Shown: positions 46,892 to 61,103, counted from the first letter of the whole stretch. The stretch: DNA of 63,351 nucleotides, filler included, from Octopus bimaculoides (GCF_001194135.2; 6 parts of 6 records of this genome joined end to end with filler, not necessarily neighbours in it), one strand, 5' to 3'. Notes: generated by a model not told the origin, from the sequence alone. Translations and numbers: made by a program.

Positions 46892-48295
46892 NNNNNNNNN
46901 NNNNNNNNNNNNNNNNNNNNNNNNNNNNNNNNNNNNNNNNNNNNNNNNNNNNNNNNNNNNNNNNNNNNNNNNNNNNNNNNNNNNNNNNNNNNNNNNNNNN
47001 NNNNNNNNNNNNNNNNNNNNNNNNNNNNNNNNNNNNNNNNNNNNNNNNNNNNNNNNNNNNNNNNNNNNNNNNNNNNNNNNNNNNNNNNNNNNNNNNNNNN
47101 NNNNNNNNNNNNNNNNNNNNNNNNNNNNNNNNNNNNNNNNNNNNNNNNNNNNNNNNNNNNNNNNNNNNNNNNNNNNNNNNNNNNNNNNNNNNNNNNNNNN
47201 NNNNNNNNNNNNNNNNNNNNNNNNNNNNNNNNNNNNNNNNNNNNNNNNNNNNNNNNNNNNNNNNNNNNNNNNNNNNNNNNNNNNNNNNNNNNNNNNNNNN
47301 NNNNNNNNNNNNNNNNNNNNNNNNNNNNNNNNNNNNNNNNNNNNNNNNNNNNNNNNNNNNNNNNNNNNNNNNNNNNNNNNNNNNNNNNNNNNNNNNNNNN
47401 NNNNNNNNNNNNNNNNNNNNNNNNNNNNNNNNNNNNNNNNNNNNNNNNNNNNNNNNNNNNNNNNNNNNNNNNNNNNNNNNNNNNNNNNNNNNNNNNNNNN
47501 NNNNNNNNNNNNNNNNNNNNNNNNNNNNNNNNNNNNNNNNNNNNNNNNNNNNNNNNNNNNNNNNNNNNNNNNNNNNNNNNNNNNNNNNNNNNNNNNNNNN
47601 NNNNNNNNNNNNNNNNNNNNNNNNNNNNNNNNNNNNNNNNNNNNNNNNNNNNNNNNNNNNNNNNNNNNNNNNNNNNNNNNNNNNNNNNNNNNNNNNNNNN
47701 NNNNNNNNNNNNNNNNNNNNNNNNNNNNNNNNNNNNNNNNNNNNNNNNNNNNNNNNNNNNNNNNNNNNNNNNNNNNNNNNNNNNNNNNNNNNNNNNNNNN
47801 NNNNNNNNNNNNNNNNNNNNNNNNNNNNNNNNNNNNNNNNNNNNNNNNNNNNNNNNNTTTTTTTTTTTGATTTGTTTTACCTTCAATTTACTTTTATTTT
47901 CTTTTTTCTTCCTTCTGAGAGAAACCTTTTTATCACCTGTTACATGTCACTTAGGTTGTTGGGTGGGAAGAAGGGAGAGGGGGGGGGAGTATGTTTACCT
48001 GTGTATGTGTGTGCATGTCTGTGTGTCCATGCATGATATTGGGTGTATATGTGTGTGGTTTTATATGTACCTGTGTGTTGTGTGGATGTGTACATGTTTC
48101 TTTGATTGTGTGTGTCTGTCTATCTTTGTACATGTGTGTATGCTTGTGTACATATCTTGTGTGTGTGTGTGATTATATATGTACGTGTGGATATGTACTT
48201 GTCTCAATGTGTGTGTACATGTCTCCTTTATTGTGTGTGTGTATGTGTCTGTCTTTGTACATTTCTTGTGTTTGCATGTGTGTGTATTTACCTAA

Positions 48296-48729
48296 GTGGA
48301 GGCACAATGGCCCAGTGGTTAGGGCAGCGGACTCGCGGTCATAGGATCGCGGTTTCAATTCCTAGTCCGGGCGTTGTGAGTGTTTATTGAGCGAAAACAC
48401 CTAAGGCTCCNNNNNNNNNNCCTAGTCCGGGCGTTGTGAGTGTTTATTGAGCGAAAACACCTAAGGCTCCACGAGGCTCCGGCAGGGGATGGTGGCGAAC
48501 CCTGCTGTACTCTTCCACCACAACTTTCTCTCACTCTGTGCCTGTATTTCAAAGGGGCCAGCCTTGTCACGCTCTGTGTCACGCTGAATATCTCCCCGAG
48601 AACTACGTTAAGGGTACACGTGTCTGTGGAGTGCTCAGCCACTTGCACGTTAATTTCACGAGCAGGCTGTTCCGTTGATCGGATCAACTGAAAACCCTCA
48701 ACGTCGTAAGCGACGGAGTGCCAACAACA
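48296..48729 (+). mobile_element. SINE family B, full length (contains a 10-N overlap artefact)
   Basis: GGCCCAGTGGTTAGGG A box, GGTTTCAATTCC B box, CAACAAC tail. Confidence 0.9.
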
Positions 48730-48934
48730 TATTTACCTATGGGTTTGTAAATATTTACATATGTACCTTTGTGTGGATGTGTACATGTCTACATGTGTAT
48801 GTATGTGTCTGCCTTTGTGCATGAGCGTATGTGTGTGTGTGTGTGTGTGCATTTTTCTCTGCATGTCTGTATATATGTGTTAGTCTTTTTTTCTGAGTGT
48901 GCTGTCCACATTTTAGTGTGGGTGGGGCATCTCT

Positions 48935-49090
48935 TAACCACCACCACCATCACCACAACTACTACTATCACTACAACCACCAACAGCACAACCAAAACCA
49001 CCACCACCACCACAATGCCACCAACAGTGCCACTACCGCCTACACCACCACAGCAACTACTATTACCTCTACCACTGTCACCACCAGCAA
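48935..49090. repeat. (ACC/ACT/AAC)n low-complexity tract
   Basis: Read directly. Confidence 0.9.
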
Positions 49091-49341
49091 TGTTGTCTGC
49101 CCAAGGTCATTCTCCAAACAGGCTTTGACCTTTCGGTCTTGTTGACCTTCGACCTATTTTTTTTTTCATCACACCTGACCTTTTTGCTCTTTTGTAATCA
49201 TGTTTATAGTGATGATTGCTTGATGTTTTAGGGGGCATGGANNNNNNNNNNNNNNNNNNNNNNNNNNNNNNNNNNNNNNNNNNNNTTAATTAATTAANNN
49301 NNNNNNNNNNNNNNNNNNNNNNNNNNNNNNNNNNNNNNNNN

Positions 49342-49390
<49 letters not shown>

Positions 49391-49683
49391 CATATATATT
49401 TATACATATATACAAACACATACACACATATATATGTGTGTATGCGTGTGTCTGTGTGTGTGAGTGCACATATATACTCATGCATACACATTTGAAAACA
49501 CGTTCATATATCTTTGTATGCACACATGTAGATATATATTGGTTTATATATACATGTATATACGTGTGTATATATGTGTATGTATGCATGTATATGTATA
49601 TACATACGTATATATATATATACATTCATTCATACTGCCGCGCATACGCATATACATACATACGTACAGATATACATACATGC

Positions 49684-49761
<78 letters not shown>

Positions 49762-49797
49762 TGTGTGTATATACGTATGTATATATATATACATACA

Positions 49798-49833
<36 letters not shown>

Positions 49834-51089
49834 TGTATCTATGTATGTATGTATGTATGTATGTATCAATAGAGCCGACCACAGGCAGGTAAATTATTAT
49901 TATTTTGTATTTAAAATCTTTAATCGATTATTTATTTACTTTTTTTTTTACCTGTTTCAATGTCTGTGTTATTATTTGTATTAGATTTGGTTGTTTGTTT
50001 TTAGTTTTTGTTTTTCTTTTATTTTTGTTATTTCGTTTGTTCTAATTCTACTAATTCTCTCCTCTACCGTTTCGTCATAGTTTGAAGTGAAATTATCTTT
50101 CGCCATTTCGAGAAAATAGACGTTAATTCTTTAAATTACACCAGAAAAAAATAAACATAAAATGTTAGCACTCCAATATTATTATCAATACCACCACCAC
50201 CGTCGTTATCAGCATCATCTTCATCGTCGTCGTCATCGTCACCATCATCATTGTGTTATTAATTCCCACTTGTTTTCGCACAAAGCCCGCCATTTTGAAG
50301 AGGGAGAAGTCATTCACACCGACCTTCACCACCCCTTGCTCGACACGTACATATTTAATCGTACGTCGATAAGATGAAAGGCGAACTCAACCTGGGTGGG
50401 GTGTATTTGAACACTGACCGTAAAGCCAGATGCAATACCGAGAAGCATTTTGTCCGGCATCGTAAAGATTTGGCCAGAGCATTCCCTTGATAACAACAAC
50501 AACAAAAATATTAGACAATTACTATCTGAAAATTCAGCAACAGTACTTTGTAGTAAAGATTTTGTTTGCCAACATAACATGGCAGTCCTGGTTGAGGACT
50601 AATGTTGTTGTTCGAAAATATATGGACACAGATCGTGCCGTATAGCCAGCTGGAGACAATCTTCCACTTCATCCACCTCATGGATATAAAATACTACTTT
50701 TTCTTTGCCATATGCGCTCTCCCCACTCTCTCAAGTCTTAACCGTGGGCCTTTGATAGAAAGCACATATCTCAGAAAAATTCTGAAAACCAGCCCCGTGT
50801 CTTTCCTAAAATGCATACACCATTCCAATGAAGAATTGTTTTTTGGATCAGTCACGTGTCTGTCTTGATCTCCAGCCGTTTCAAGTGGCATGTTAACCTT
50901 TTGGATTTCGTTTTTGTTTTCAATTGAACCTAATTCCCTAGTGATAAGTGGTGTGCAATTTTTCTTTGGCCTCAGGACATTCTCACTTTTTGATATTTCT
51001 ACTTTTCAATTCAAATTATTTCGAGATATTTTCTTTCTGTTTCTTTAAAATGTCTTTGTCTAAAGAAATTGTAACGTCAATTAAGAATC

Positions 51090-51230
51090 ATTCACTTATA
51101 TTCCACTCTAGGCACAAGGCTCGAAATTTGGGGGAAGGGGCTCAGTCAAATTAGATCGACCCTGTACGCAATTGATACTTAATATCGCTATACATTTCGC
51201 CCGGCGTGCTAACGTTTCTGCTATCTCGTC
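51090..51230 (-). mobile_element. SINE family A, internally deleted
   Basis: TTTCGCCCGGCGTGCTAACGTTTCTGC head plus tail piece. Confidence 0.7.
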
Positions 51231-51481
51231 GCCATAAAAGTGACACATAATAATACACAAAACACGGTTCCAGGATTCATATAACACATTTTTAATGTAT
51301 TAACAAACGAATTGTTCCCATTATTCGATAGAGCAAATATCTTTAACTCATTCATGACGGGTAAATGATTTACAAACGCTGTTCTTCTCCCTAGGTTATT
51401 GGCCATGTTGACTTTTCTAAATGTCATTGACACAGATATTAGCGTTATAGGTAGCAACAACGGAAAGAAAAAAAAAATTAC

Positions 51482-51506
51482 AATAATAATAATGATGATA
51501 ATGATG

Positions 51507-51580
<74 letters not shown>
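51482..51580. repeat. (AAT)n microsatellite
   Basis: Read directly. Confidence 0.98.
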
Positions 51581-51582
<2 letters not shown>

Positions 51583-51961
51583 CAGCAGATGACAACGTTT
51601 CCCTAAAAGAAATGGAAAAAACTTTCAAAATACATAGACCTGGAAATAGAGGTAACTCGAATGTTGAATCTAAAAACAGAAACAATTCCTATCATAGTAG
51701 ATGCCTTAGGTATAATAAAAAAATATTCAGACAAATACATAACAAAAACACCAGGACTTACAAATATATATAACATACAGAAAATTGCACTACTGGGCAC
51801 TGCACACATCCTACGCAAAACACTTTCAATACAATAACCATAAGAGCATCACAGCAAACCACAGCACATACCCAAGGCGCACAGAGCTGCGCTCGGTAGT
51901 GAAGTGAAAGCACGTTATAAAAATAAAACTACTGAATAATAATAATAATAATAATAATAAT
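51581..51961 (+). mobile_element. Dong/R4-clade LINE, 5'-truncated 3' end
   Basis: With one +1 slip reads PADDNVSLKEMEK/LSKYIDLEIEVTRMLNLKTETIPIIVDALGIIKK...IQKIALLGTAHILRKTLSIQ* (stop 51835-37), the C-terminus of the R4 restriction-like endonuclease; 3' UTR then (AAT)n tail. Confidence 0.85.
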
Positions 51962-52624
51962 CATAAAAGCCCTGATACAGAAACAGGCAGTGGATCTCGT
52001 GGCTTTTAATCTTAAATGATAGGCAGTGTTAACATACATGTTTTGTATAAAAGATGGGCTACAACAAATATCCTACTAAATACCACAGATTTGGTTGTCA
52101 GTTGTTTGACCTTAAACAGTTGAGCATGTCCCTTAGTTGCTGACGGTATCTGAATCTCTGATCACAAATGGAAGTGATGTGGGAGTATCATAGCCATGTG
52201 TTGAGAGGAATTCTTTGGGGTTTGGATAATTCACCTTTGGAAACATGGGTGCTTTGTTCAACATCCTTAAACAATCTTTATTCAGGGACCTTTTATGCGG
52301 GATGGGCTACTTGACCTGAAGGAAATTCTAACCGGGCTCCACTCGGAAGGTCATGCACTGTTTTTTTGTAAAATTTTTATATAAGATCGCCATGTCGTGC
52401 ACATATGGTTGTGATGTATGTGCCTGGGATGGATTCATGCGACGAAAAAAAAGTCCTTCGAGACGGAGTTCCAGCATGGCCGCAGACATGACTGACACAA
52501 ATAAAGGTTAAAAAAATGAAAGAGTCGGAAAAAAATACCGCAAAGCAGTTTGTCCGACGCTCCAACAATTCTGACCACTCACAGTCATTGAAAAGCAATT
52601 AACATGCTAATTTAATTAACATGG

Positions 52625-52872
52625 ATGTCATCCTGTGATTTGATGACAACAGGTCGCCTCATATCTCAAGTATATTTTTTAAGATTCTTGTAGAATACAA
52701 GAGTTCATGTTTTTGCCAGTCGACAATTCCAATCCATTTCAAGTTCTTAGAAGCATTGTGAGTGCGGTACCAAGTGCACAAGTTACCACAAGAATAATTA
52801 TCGGCTTTGTCTTTCACAATCTCTTTATCTCTCTGGCTAGGTTCCGATATTTAACACATTTCTTTGATGTCC
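52625..52872 (-). mobile_element. Second, older R4/Dong-like 3' fragment
   Basis: Minus strand KYRNLAREIKRL*KTKPIIILVVTCALGT and LLYSTRILKNILEI*. Confidence 0.65.
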
Positions 52873-52873
52873 A

Positions 52874-52876
<3 letters not shown>

Positions 52877-52919
<43 letters not shown>

Positions 52920-53310
52920 GTCGTCGTCGTCGTCGTCGTTGCTGTTGTTCTTGTTCTTGTTAAAGCGGCGAACTGGATATGATTCTCAGAAACATATTCT
53001 CCGGATTTTACTTTCTGATTTCGAATACAGCCAAGATTTGTGGATTTGTGCCTACAATAGAAAGAATCCTTGTTCTTGTTCTTGTTCTTGTTCTTGTTCT
53101 TCTTGTTCTTGTTCTTGTTCTTGTTCTTCTTGTTCTTCTTGTTCTTCTTCTTCTTCTTCTTCTTCTTCTTCTTCTTCTTCTTCTTCTTCTTCTCCTTCTC
53201 CTCCTCCTCCTCCTNNNNNNNNNNNNNNNNNNNNCTTCTTCTTCTTCTTCTTCTTCTTCTTCTTCTTCTTCTTCTTCTTCTTCTTCTTCTTCTTCTTCTT
53301 CTTCTTCTTC
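52877..53310. repeat. Microsatellite cluster (ATC)n, (GTC)n, (TTCTTG)n, (TTC)n
   Basis: Read directly; source of the spurious poly-E/K/S/L ORFs. Confidence 0.97.
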
Positions 53311-53994
53311 ACGCAAAATATAAAATTTAGACAGAATAAACATTAATAAACTATAAAAAACGAAAACAAAACAAAACGAAAAGGAAACGATGAATATAAA
53401 CACAAACAAAATCAAAATGAACAAAATGGCGATGAAAGAGGCAGACATGGTCTCGGTGTAATAATAAACTGACACCAAAAGAGGCAAATTTCGAAAGCCA
53501 TAAAACAAGGACTGTCCACACCAAAGATGCTAACAACAAGAAAAAGTATAACAAGAAAGGAAATTTATACGACATAAAAAAAGGACTATCAACAACAACA
53601 ACATGAACAACAATAAAAGCAAAAGGAATTACAACAATAATGCAAATGTGGACGACGAAAATGATAAAAGTACGCAGAGCAAGTCTTTTAGTCGTTAAAG
53701 GTCAAAAGTTCGAGTCCAGTGTCGTTGACACCCTGGGATATTTTTTTTAAAAAAGCTTCTTAGTTTGTGAGTTTTTGTTGCTGTTATTGTGGTTGTTGTT
53801 GCTGGTATTGATTGTGGAGAAGTTGGTTATAGTGAGGTTATTGTGTTTTTAACCCCAGGTCATCCCTGATCGATCAGACGCTGATCAAAGTTGATCCAAG
53901 TGTTAAAATTCCGAGACATACACACGTGTATATTGTTTAAATGTTTTGGTTTGTGTGATGTTTGGTGCTTGTTTAACGGTGTGGGGGAGTTGGT

Positions 53995-54150
53995 TTCCCT
54001 CTTCCCCTCTCTTTCCCCCCCTCGTTTTCCCTCTCCCTCTCTTCTTCCCTCTCCCTCTCTTCTTCCCTCTTCCTCTCTTCTTCCCTCTCTTCCTCTCTTC
54101 CTCCCTCTCCATCTCTCCCTATTCCTCCCTCTCTCGATCAGCCCTTTCTC
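53995..54150. repeat. Polypyrimidine minisatellite (CCCTCTCTTCTT core)
   Basis: Read directly. Confidence 0.9.
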
Positions 54151-54989
54151 TCTCGCCAAATCAACCAATCTGGATGTTATAGGTTACGATGATACACAAA
54201 ATGGAATGGTTTAAACCGAACACGAACCTACATCCCCAAACTTCCAGCCGCTGTTATCGCAACGCCAGCCCAGAGCGCCACACGCCATAACCATTAGCAA
54301 TGAACGAGACCAAGCGAAACTTAATTATTAGTTTCAAAGTTAAGGATTCAGCAAAATAATGAAACAGTTGATTATTTCTGAATAGGTTCCATCAATCAAA
54401 GTCTTCATTTCCTGCTTGCAGACAATGGTTGATAATCCTGGCATATCTTACTTACACGCCCCTTCATCTCCCAAATCCGATTAGACAGCAGTCTTTGATA
54501 TAATCCTTGTAAAGTTATTATGTGAAAAGCGCTGTGTACGTGTGTGTACATGTGTGACGTAGGTGTGACGTATGTGTGACGTATGTATGTGTGTGCGTGT
54601 GTATGCCAGTGTTCAAGTCTCAGTCCACGTGAGTGTGTATATGTGTGTGCATGTGCGTATGCATAATAAACGTGTATCTGTTTGACAGCATGCGTATGTA
54701 TGTACATATGTGTGTATACATGTGTGTATATAATTGCGCAACTCTTTGTCAACGTGGGTGTCTTTGTGTGTAGTGTGTGTGTATGTTTGTGTGTACATAT
54801 GCAAATTTTTGACTGTTTGTATTTAGCGTGTGTGTGTGTGTTTGTGTATGACTGTGTATGTCCATATAAGTGTGCAGCGCTTCTGTAGCGTGTGTATGCG
54901 TTTTTGTATATGTATATATATATATATATGTATGCAACTATTTGTGAATGTGTATGACCGTGTAAATGCATATGAGAGGGTAACACTTT

Positions 54990-55480
54990 GCCCGCTTCAG
55001 TATGTATGTATGCATGTATGTATGTATGTATGCATGTATGCATCTATGTATGTATGTATGTATGCATGTACGTATGTGTGTAGGTATGCATGTATAAATG
55101 TATGTATGTACGCATGTATATATGGATATATGCAGGTGTATGATTTTATTCATGTATGTATGTATGTATGTATGTATGTATGTATGTATGTATGTGTGTA
55201 AGTATGTATGCATGCATGTATGAGTGTGTATGTATACATGTATGAATGTATGTATGCCTTACGTATGCATGTAGATATGTATGATTGTATATGTATGGAT
55301 GCGTTCATACATGTATGCATGCGTGCATTATGTATTCTAGTATGTATGCAAATATGAATGTATGTACGGTTGTATGCATAGAAGCGTGTAAAGAATTGTT
55401 TTGTGTAGATGTACGTATGTACGTGTGTGAGTGTGTATGCATGTGCGCGCACATGTGTGCATGCGTGCGTTTGTGTGTGT
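54990..55480. repeat. (TATG/TGCA)n degenerate microsatellite
   Basis: Read directly. Confidence 0.9.
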
Positions 55481-55611
55481 ATGTCTGAGTGTAGGGAGTG
55501 AGTGGGAGAAGGCTCAGCATCATTTCTGTATAATGTTTCATGGTGATGGAGAGAAAGAGAGAGATAGAGAGAGAGAAGTGCTGCTGGTATATCGCTTGTA
55601 ATAGACGGTGA

Positions 55612-55810
55612 TGGCGGTGGTGGTGGTGGTGGCTTGGACAAGTTAGTGGTGGTGGTGGTGGTGGGGATGGTAATTGAAGTTCGTCTTGGTAGTCACTTGT
55701 AATTGTGTTGGTATTGGAAGTGGCGATGGTGGTAGACGGAGCGGCGGCGAGGGTGATGACGGTGGTAATAGTGGCGGTGGTAGTAGTGGTGGTGGTGGTG
55801 GTGGTGGCGG
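55612..55810. repeat. (GGT)n-rich low-complexity tract
   Basis: Read directly. Confidence 0.9.
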
Positions 55811-55920
55811 TTCGTATAATNNNNNNNNNNNNNNNNNNNNNNNNNNNNNNNNNNNNNNNNNNNNTTAATTAATTAANNNNNNNNNNNNNNNNNNNNNNNN
55901 NNNNNNNNNNNNNNNNNNNN

Positions 55921-56154
55921 GGCACATAAAAGACACCATTTCGAGCGTGGCCGTTTTCGTGCGGGTGACACGTAAAAGCACCCACTACACTCTCTGAGTG
56001 GTTGGCGTTAGGAAGGGCATCCAGCTGTAGAAACTCTGCCAAATCAGACTGGAGCCTGGTGTTGCCATCCGGTTTCACCAGTCCTCAGTCAAATCGTCCA
56101 ACCCATGCTAGCATGGAAAGCGGACGTTAAACGATGATGATGATGATGATGATG
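55921..56154 (+). mobile_element. SINE-like family D
   Basis: Close match to 36700-36897, ending in (GAT)n. Confidence 0.85.
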
Positions 56155-56174
56155 ATATATATACACATATATGA

Positions 56175-56290
56175 TGTGCTTCTTTCAGTTTCCATCTATG
56201 AAATCCACTCACAAGGCTTTGATCAACTCAAGGCTATAGTAGAAGACACTTGTCCAAGGTGCCATGCATTGGAACTGAACCCAGAACCTC
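56175..56290 (-). mobile_element. SINE family C 5' part
   Basis: AAATCCACTCACAAGGC...GAAGACACTTGTCCAAGGTGCC. Confidence 0.8.
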
Positions 56291-57193
56291 GTGATTGATA
56301 TTTATATTTGCTATATATAAAGCACATATCACTGCTAAATGCCATCTTTAAGATAGCATGTTACTGCTAGTATAGATTAAAGCAAACTAACATTTTGATA
56401 AATATATACTTATATATGTACATCAACATACATTTATGTGCATTCAAGAATTTGTGTGTTTAAGTGTTTCTATCTCAGTGTATATATGATGACTAATATG
56501 TACATGTGCATATGCATAAAATAGGCATGCATGTGAATATGCATGTAAAGTGCAAATGTGAATGTAGATTTCTTCATATATGGGAATGACTATATCCGAT
56601 TCTATATATGTGCACATATGGCAGGCTGTGCATTTTTGTCACTGCACTTCATTTTAGATTGCATGGACCAATATTCAATGGTGCATGCATGCACATGGAC
56701 AGTAGATCACATGTGTGCACACATGCATGCATGTATGCATTCAAGTGCAGAGTGCAGTACAATGAAATTATTATTGTGCTAGAATTTAACAATATGCTGT
56801 TCATTGTTTACGCATGTATATATGTACATACAAATGCATGTGTGTGATGTGCATGTGTGCATGCATTTGTTTCAACACTGATGCAAGCTTCTCTTATGTG
56901 TGAATCTACCGACTCTCTTTCTCTATGTGTATGTATGTGTGTATGTGTGTACATACATACATACATATATGAATGTATACTGATGTGGGCAACTAAGTGT
57001 ATATGTAATCATGTCTATATTCCTGTGTATTTATGAATGTATATACTTGTCTCTATATATATCAACAGTGTGCAGGCACAATGTGCACTCATTTGTGCAT
57101 GTGACTATACAAGAATTGTGTGCATATGCATATGCAGACAACATGTGTGCTTGCATTCATGTGTGTGTGTGCATATATATATATGTGTATATA

Positions 57194-57224
<31 letters not shown>

Positions 57225-57235
57225 CTGTGTGTGTG

Positions 57236-57289
<54 letters not shown>

Positions 57290-57611
57290 NNNNNNNNNNN
57301 NNNNNNNNNNNNNNNNNNNNNNNNNNNNNNNNNNNNNNNNNNNNNNNNNNNNNNNNNNNNNNNNNNNNNNNNNNNNNNNNNNNNNNNNNNNNNNNNNNNN
57401 NNNNNNNNNNNNNNNNNNNNNNNNNNNNNNNNNNNNNNNNNNNNNNNNNNNNNNNNNNNNNNNNNNNNNNNNNNNNNNNNNNNNNNNNNNNNNNNNNNNN
57501 NNNNNNNNNNNNNNNNNNNNNNNNNNNNNNNNNNNNNNNNNNNNNNNNNNNNNNNNNNNNNNNNNNNNNNNNNNNNNNNNNNNNNNNNNNNNNNNNNNNN
57601 NNNNNNNNNNN

Positions 57612-57650
<39 letters not shown>

Positions 57651-58204
57651 GTATGTATGATAGATCTGTGTATGTGAGAATATGACCATAATGAGAATGC
57701 ATATGGGTGCATTATTTCAAGAGCAATGTGCATGGACTCACACACCTGAACACATGTATTTACATAAGCACATACATGCAGTCACACAGATAATTATAAA
57801 CCCTTACTTACAAGCTTGTACATATATGTACTTATGATTCTTCTGAAATGTGTGTGTTTGTATTGGACGGATCTTGATGCAAGTTATTACATACATATGT
57901 ATGGGTGTATCATGCCAAGAACAATTTTGTACAGATGCATGCACATACATGCAAATGCACACACATGCACTAACTGACAAGCACACACATTTAGATAATA
58001 GTCATCTGACTCATTCTGGATTCCTGTTAAACAACAGCTCAACAGAATTATTTTTATTTTTCTCTAATATATTTATAGAGGCATCAATGGTTCACATCTC
58101 GACAATGAAACAGCTTTGTATGTGCAACCAAAATATCTAAGTTTCTGACTGCATAGCCCAAAATAGGACCCCATATTGAAGCAACAGTGTAACTGGTATT
58201 TCGT

Positions 58205-58505
58205 TGGTTGTGATGACAAGGGTTCCAATTGATCTGATCAACAGAACAGCCTGCTTGTGAAATTAGCATGAAAGTGGCTGAGCACTCCACTAACACATGT
58301 ACCCATAACATAATTTCCAGGGGGATTCAGTGTGACACAATGTACGAAGGCTGGTCCTTTTCATTACAGGTACTACTCTTTTTTTTGCCAGCTGAGTGGA
58401 TTGGAGCAACATGAAATGATGTGTCTTGCTCAAGGACATAGTGCACCACAGATTTTCTAACTCACAACTTTATGATCGTGAGCTGAATACACTAACCACT
58501 AAGCA
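58205..58505 (-). mobile_element. tRNA-head SINE with family B tail
   Basis: Homologous to 28413-28710. Confidence 0.8.
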
Positions 58506-58756
58506 ACAGTGTCATTACTCTCATTACCATCCTCATCATCATCATTAGTACTACTGCCACCATCATCCATCATCCACTACCATCATCATCCATCTGTACC
58601 ACTACCATCATCATCCATCTGTACCACTACCATTATCATCTTCTTCCCTACCACCACCACCACCACCATCTCTTTTTTTCAGGATTACTTTCATCTCAAT
58701 ACTTCAAATATTTGAGACCTAGTTTTCCCCTTTATCACAGCACAACAGGGCAAAAT

Positions 58757-58885
58757 CAACAGAGGTAAGAGTTCTCTGAACTTTGCCCAGGCTATTCTTA
58801 TTCTAGCAGCAACACTTTCAATGCACCCACCTTTGCTACTGACGTGGTCACCTAGGTAACAGAATCTACTTCTAGTTTTTCTCCC
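58757..58885 (-). mobile_element. RTE-clade LINE RT fragment
   Basis: RFCYLGDHVSSKGGCIESVAARIRIAWAKFRELLPLL, typical of the RTE RT C-terminal region. Confidence 0.85.
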
Positions 58886-59701
58886 TGGAATGTGGCAGAA
58901 GTTGTTCTCTGCACTCATATGCTCTATAATTGATGATGCATACTGTCTCACTTTTAGCATGATTTCTACTTAATGGGTTTGTTAGGTTCCTTCAGATGTT
59001 ACTTTAGTTGTTTATCTGCTTGTTGTGTAGAGTATGTGCTTTGGGATTTGCGTAGTGACTGTATCACATATTTGTTTTGTGTAAGTTGTGCCATGTGCTT
59101 CGGGTATGAAATCGTTTAGAAGGAAGGTGATAAAATAGACACATACAACTCTCTTAAATAAGAAATAGCCCTGCTGTGAAAATGAAAAAGGTGAAGATAG
59201 TGCCAATTATTGTTGAGCCTTGGGGAGAGTATCAGAAGTTATTAAGCGGAATATAAAGGAAATGGGAAATGAGTACCCTGTAGAGCATGGTGTTCTTTGG
59301 CATGGTCAGAAACACCAAGAAAGTATGAGATAGTTGAAGAGAATGGAGAGCATGGTACCATAGGCTACAGGTAGCAAGCCTGCTTCCCAGCAAAACCTGA
59401 GCTGAAAGAATAAAAATAAAAATTCTTTCTAATTTGGGCATAAGACCAACAATTTTTAGAAGGGTTTTAGTCATTTGTCATTTAGTCACTTAGTCATTTG
59501 ATTGCCGCCATGCTGGGCTGCTGTCATGAAGGGCTTCGTTGAACAGAATGTCTCCAATGCTTATTCAAACCGAGTTCTGTTATTTTCTTTTCTTAAATAG
59601 CAAATATGTTATGGGGACATAGAGACAGATGTATGTATAAGTATAAATATATATACATGCATATATATATATGTGTGTATGTATGTGTATGTACGTAAAC
59701 A

Positions 59702-59755
<54 letters not shown>

Positions 59756-59813
59756 CTCGTGCATGTAGTCCAATCTATGCTAGCAAGAAAAATGGATGTT
59801 GACCAATGATGAT

Positions 59814-59846
<33 letters not shown>

Positions 59847-60684
59847 NNNNNNNNNNNNNNNNNNNNNNNNNNNNNNNNNNNNNNNNNNNNNNNNNNNNNN
59901 NNNNNNNNNNNNNNNNNNNNNNNNNNNNNNNNNNNNNNNNNNNNNNNNNNNNNNNNNNNNNNNNNNNNNNNNNNNNNNNNNNNNNNNNNNNNNNNNNNNN
60001 NNNNNNNNNNNNNNNNNNNNNNNNNNNNNNNNNNNNNNNNNNNNNNNNNNNNNNNNNNNNNNNNNNNNNNNNNNNNNNNNNNNNNNNNNNNNNNNNNNNN
60101 NNNNNNNNNNNNNNNNNNNNNNNNNNNNNNNNNNNNNNNNNNNNNNNNNNNNNNNNNNNNNNNNNNNNNNNNNNNNNNNNNNNNNNNNNNNNNNNNNNNN
60201 NNNNNNNNNNNNNNNNNNNNNNNNNNNNNNNNNNNNNNNNNNNNNNNNNNNNNNNNNNNNNNNNNNNNNNNNNNNNNNNNNNNNNNNNNNNNNNNNNNNN
60301 NNNNNNNNNNNNNNNNNNNNNNNNNNNNNNNNNNNNNNNNNNNNNNNNNNNNNNNNNNNNNNNNNNNNNNNNNNNNNNNNNNNNNNNNNNNNNNNNNNNN
60401 NNNNNNNNNNNNNNNNNNNNNNNNNNNNNNNNNNNNNNNNNNNNNNNNNNNNNNNNNNNNNNNNNNNNNNNNNNNNNNNNNNNNNNNNNNNNNNNNNNNN
60501 NNNNNNNNNNNNNNNNNNNNNNNNNNNNNNNNNNNNNNNNNNNNNNNNNNNNNNNNNNNNNNNNNNNNNNNNNNNNNNNNNNNNNNNNNNNNNNNNNNNN
60601 NNNNNNNNNNNNNNNNNNNNNNNNNNNNNNNNNNNNNNNNNNNNNNNNNNNNNNNNNNNNNNNNNNNNNNNNNNNNNNNNNNNN

Positions 60685-60735
<51 letters not shown>

Positions 60736-60864
60736 CTATATATATCTACACATATATACACATATATACACACATACATATATGCATATAAATATATACA
60801 CACACACATATATACACATACATACATAGTGTGTGTGTGTATATAATGTATATATGTATGTGTC

Positions 60865-60917
<53 letters not shown>

Positions 60918-61060
60918 ACCCTGCTGAGTGGTTGGTGTTAGGAAGGGCATCCAGTCTGGTGTAGGCTTCTGCCTGGCTGGCTCCTGTCAAGCCATCCCAC
61001 CCATGCCAGTATGGAGGGCAGACGTTGAACAATGATGATATATGTATATATGTATGTGTA

Positions 61061-61103
<43 letters not shown>

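Noticed and set aside
54422-54510. Competing plus-strand acceptor and minus-strand GTAAGT donor
   Set aside because: Short peptides with no recognisable similarity; strand ambiguous.
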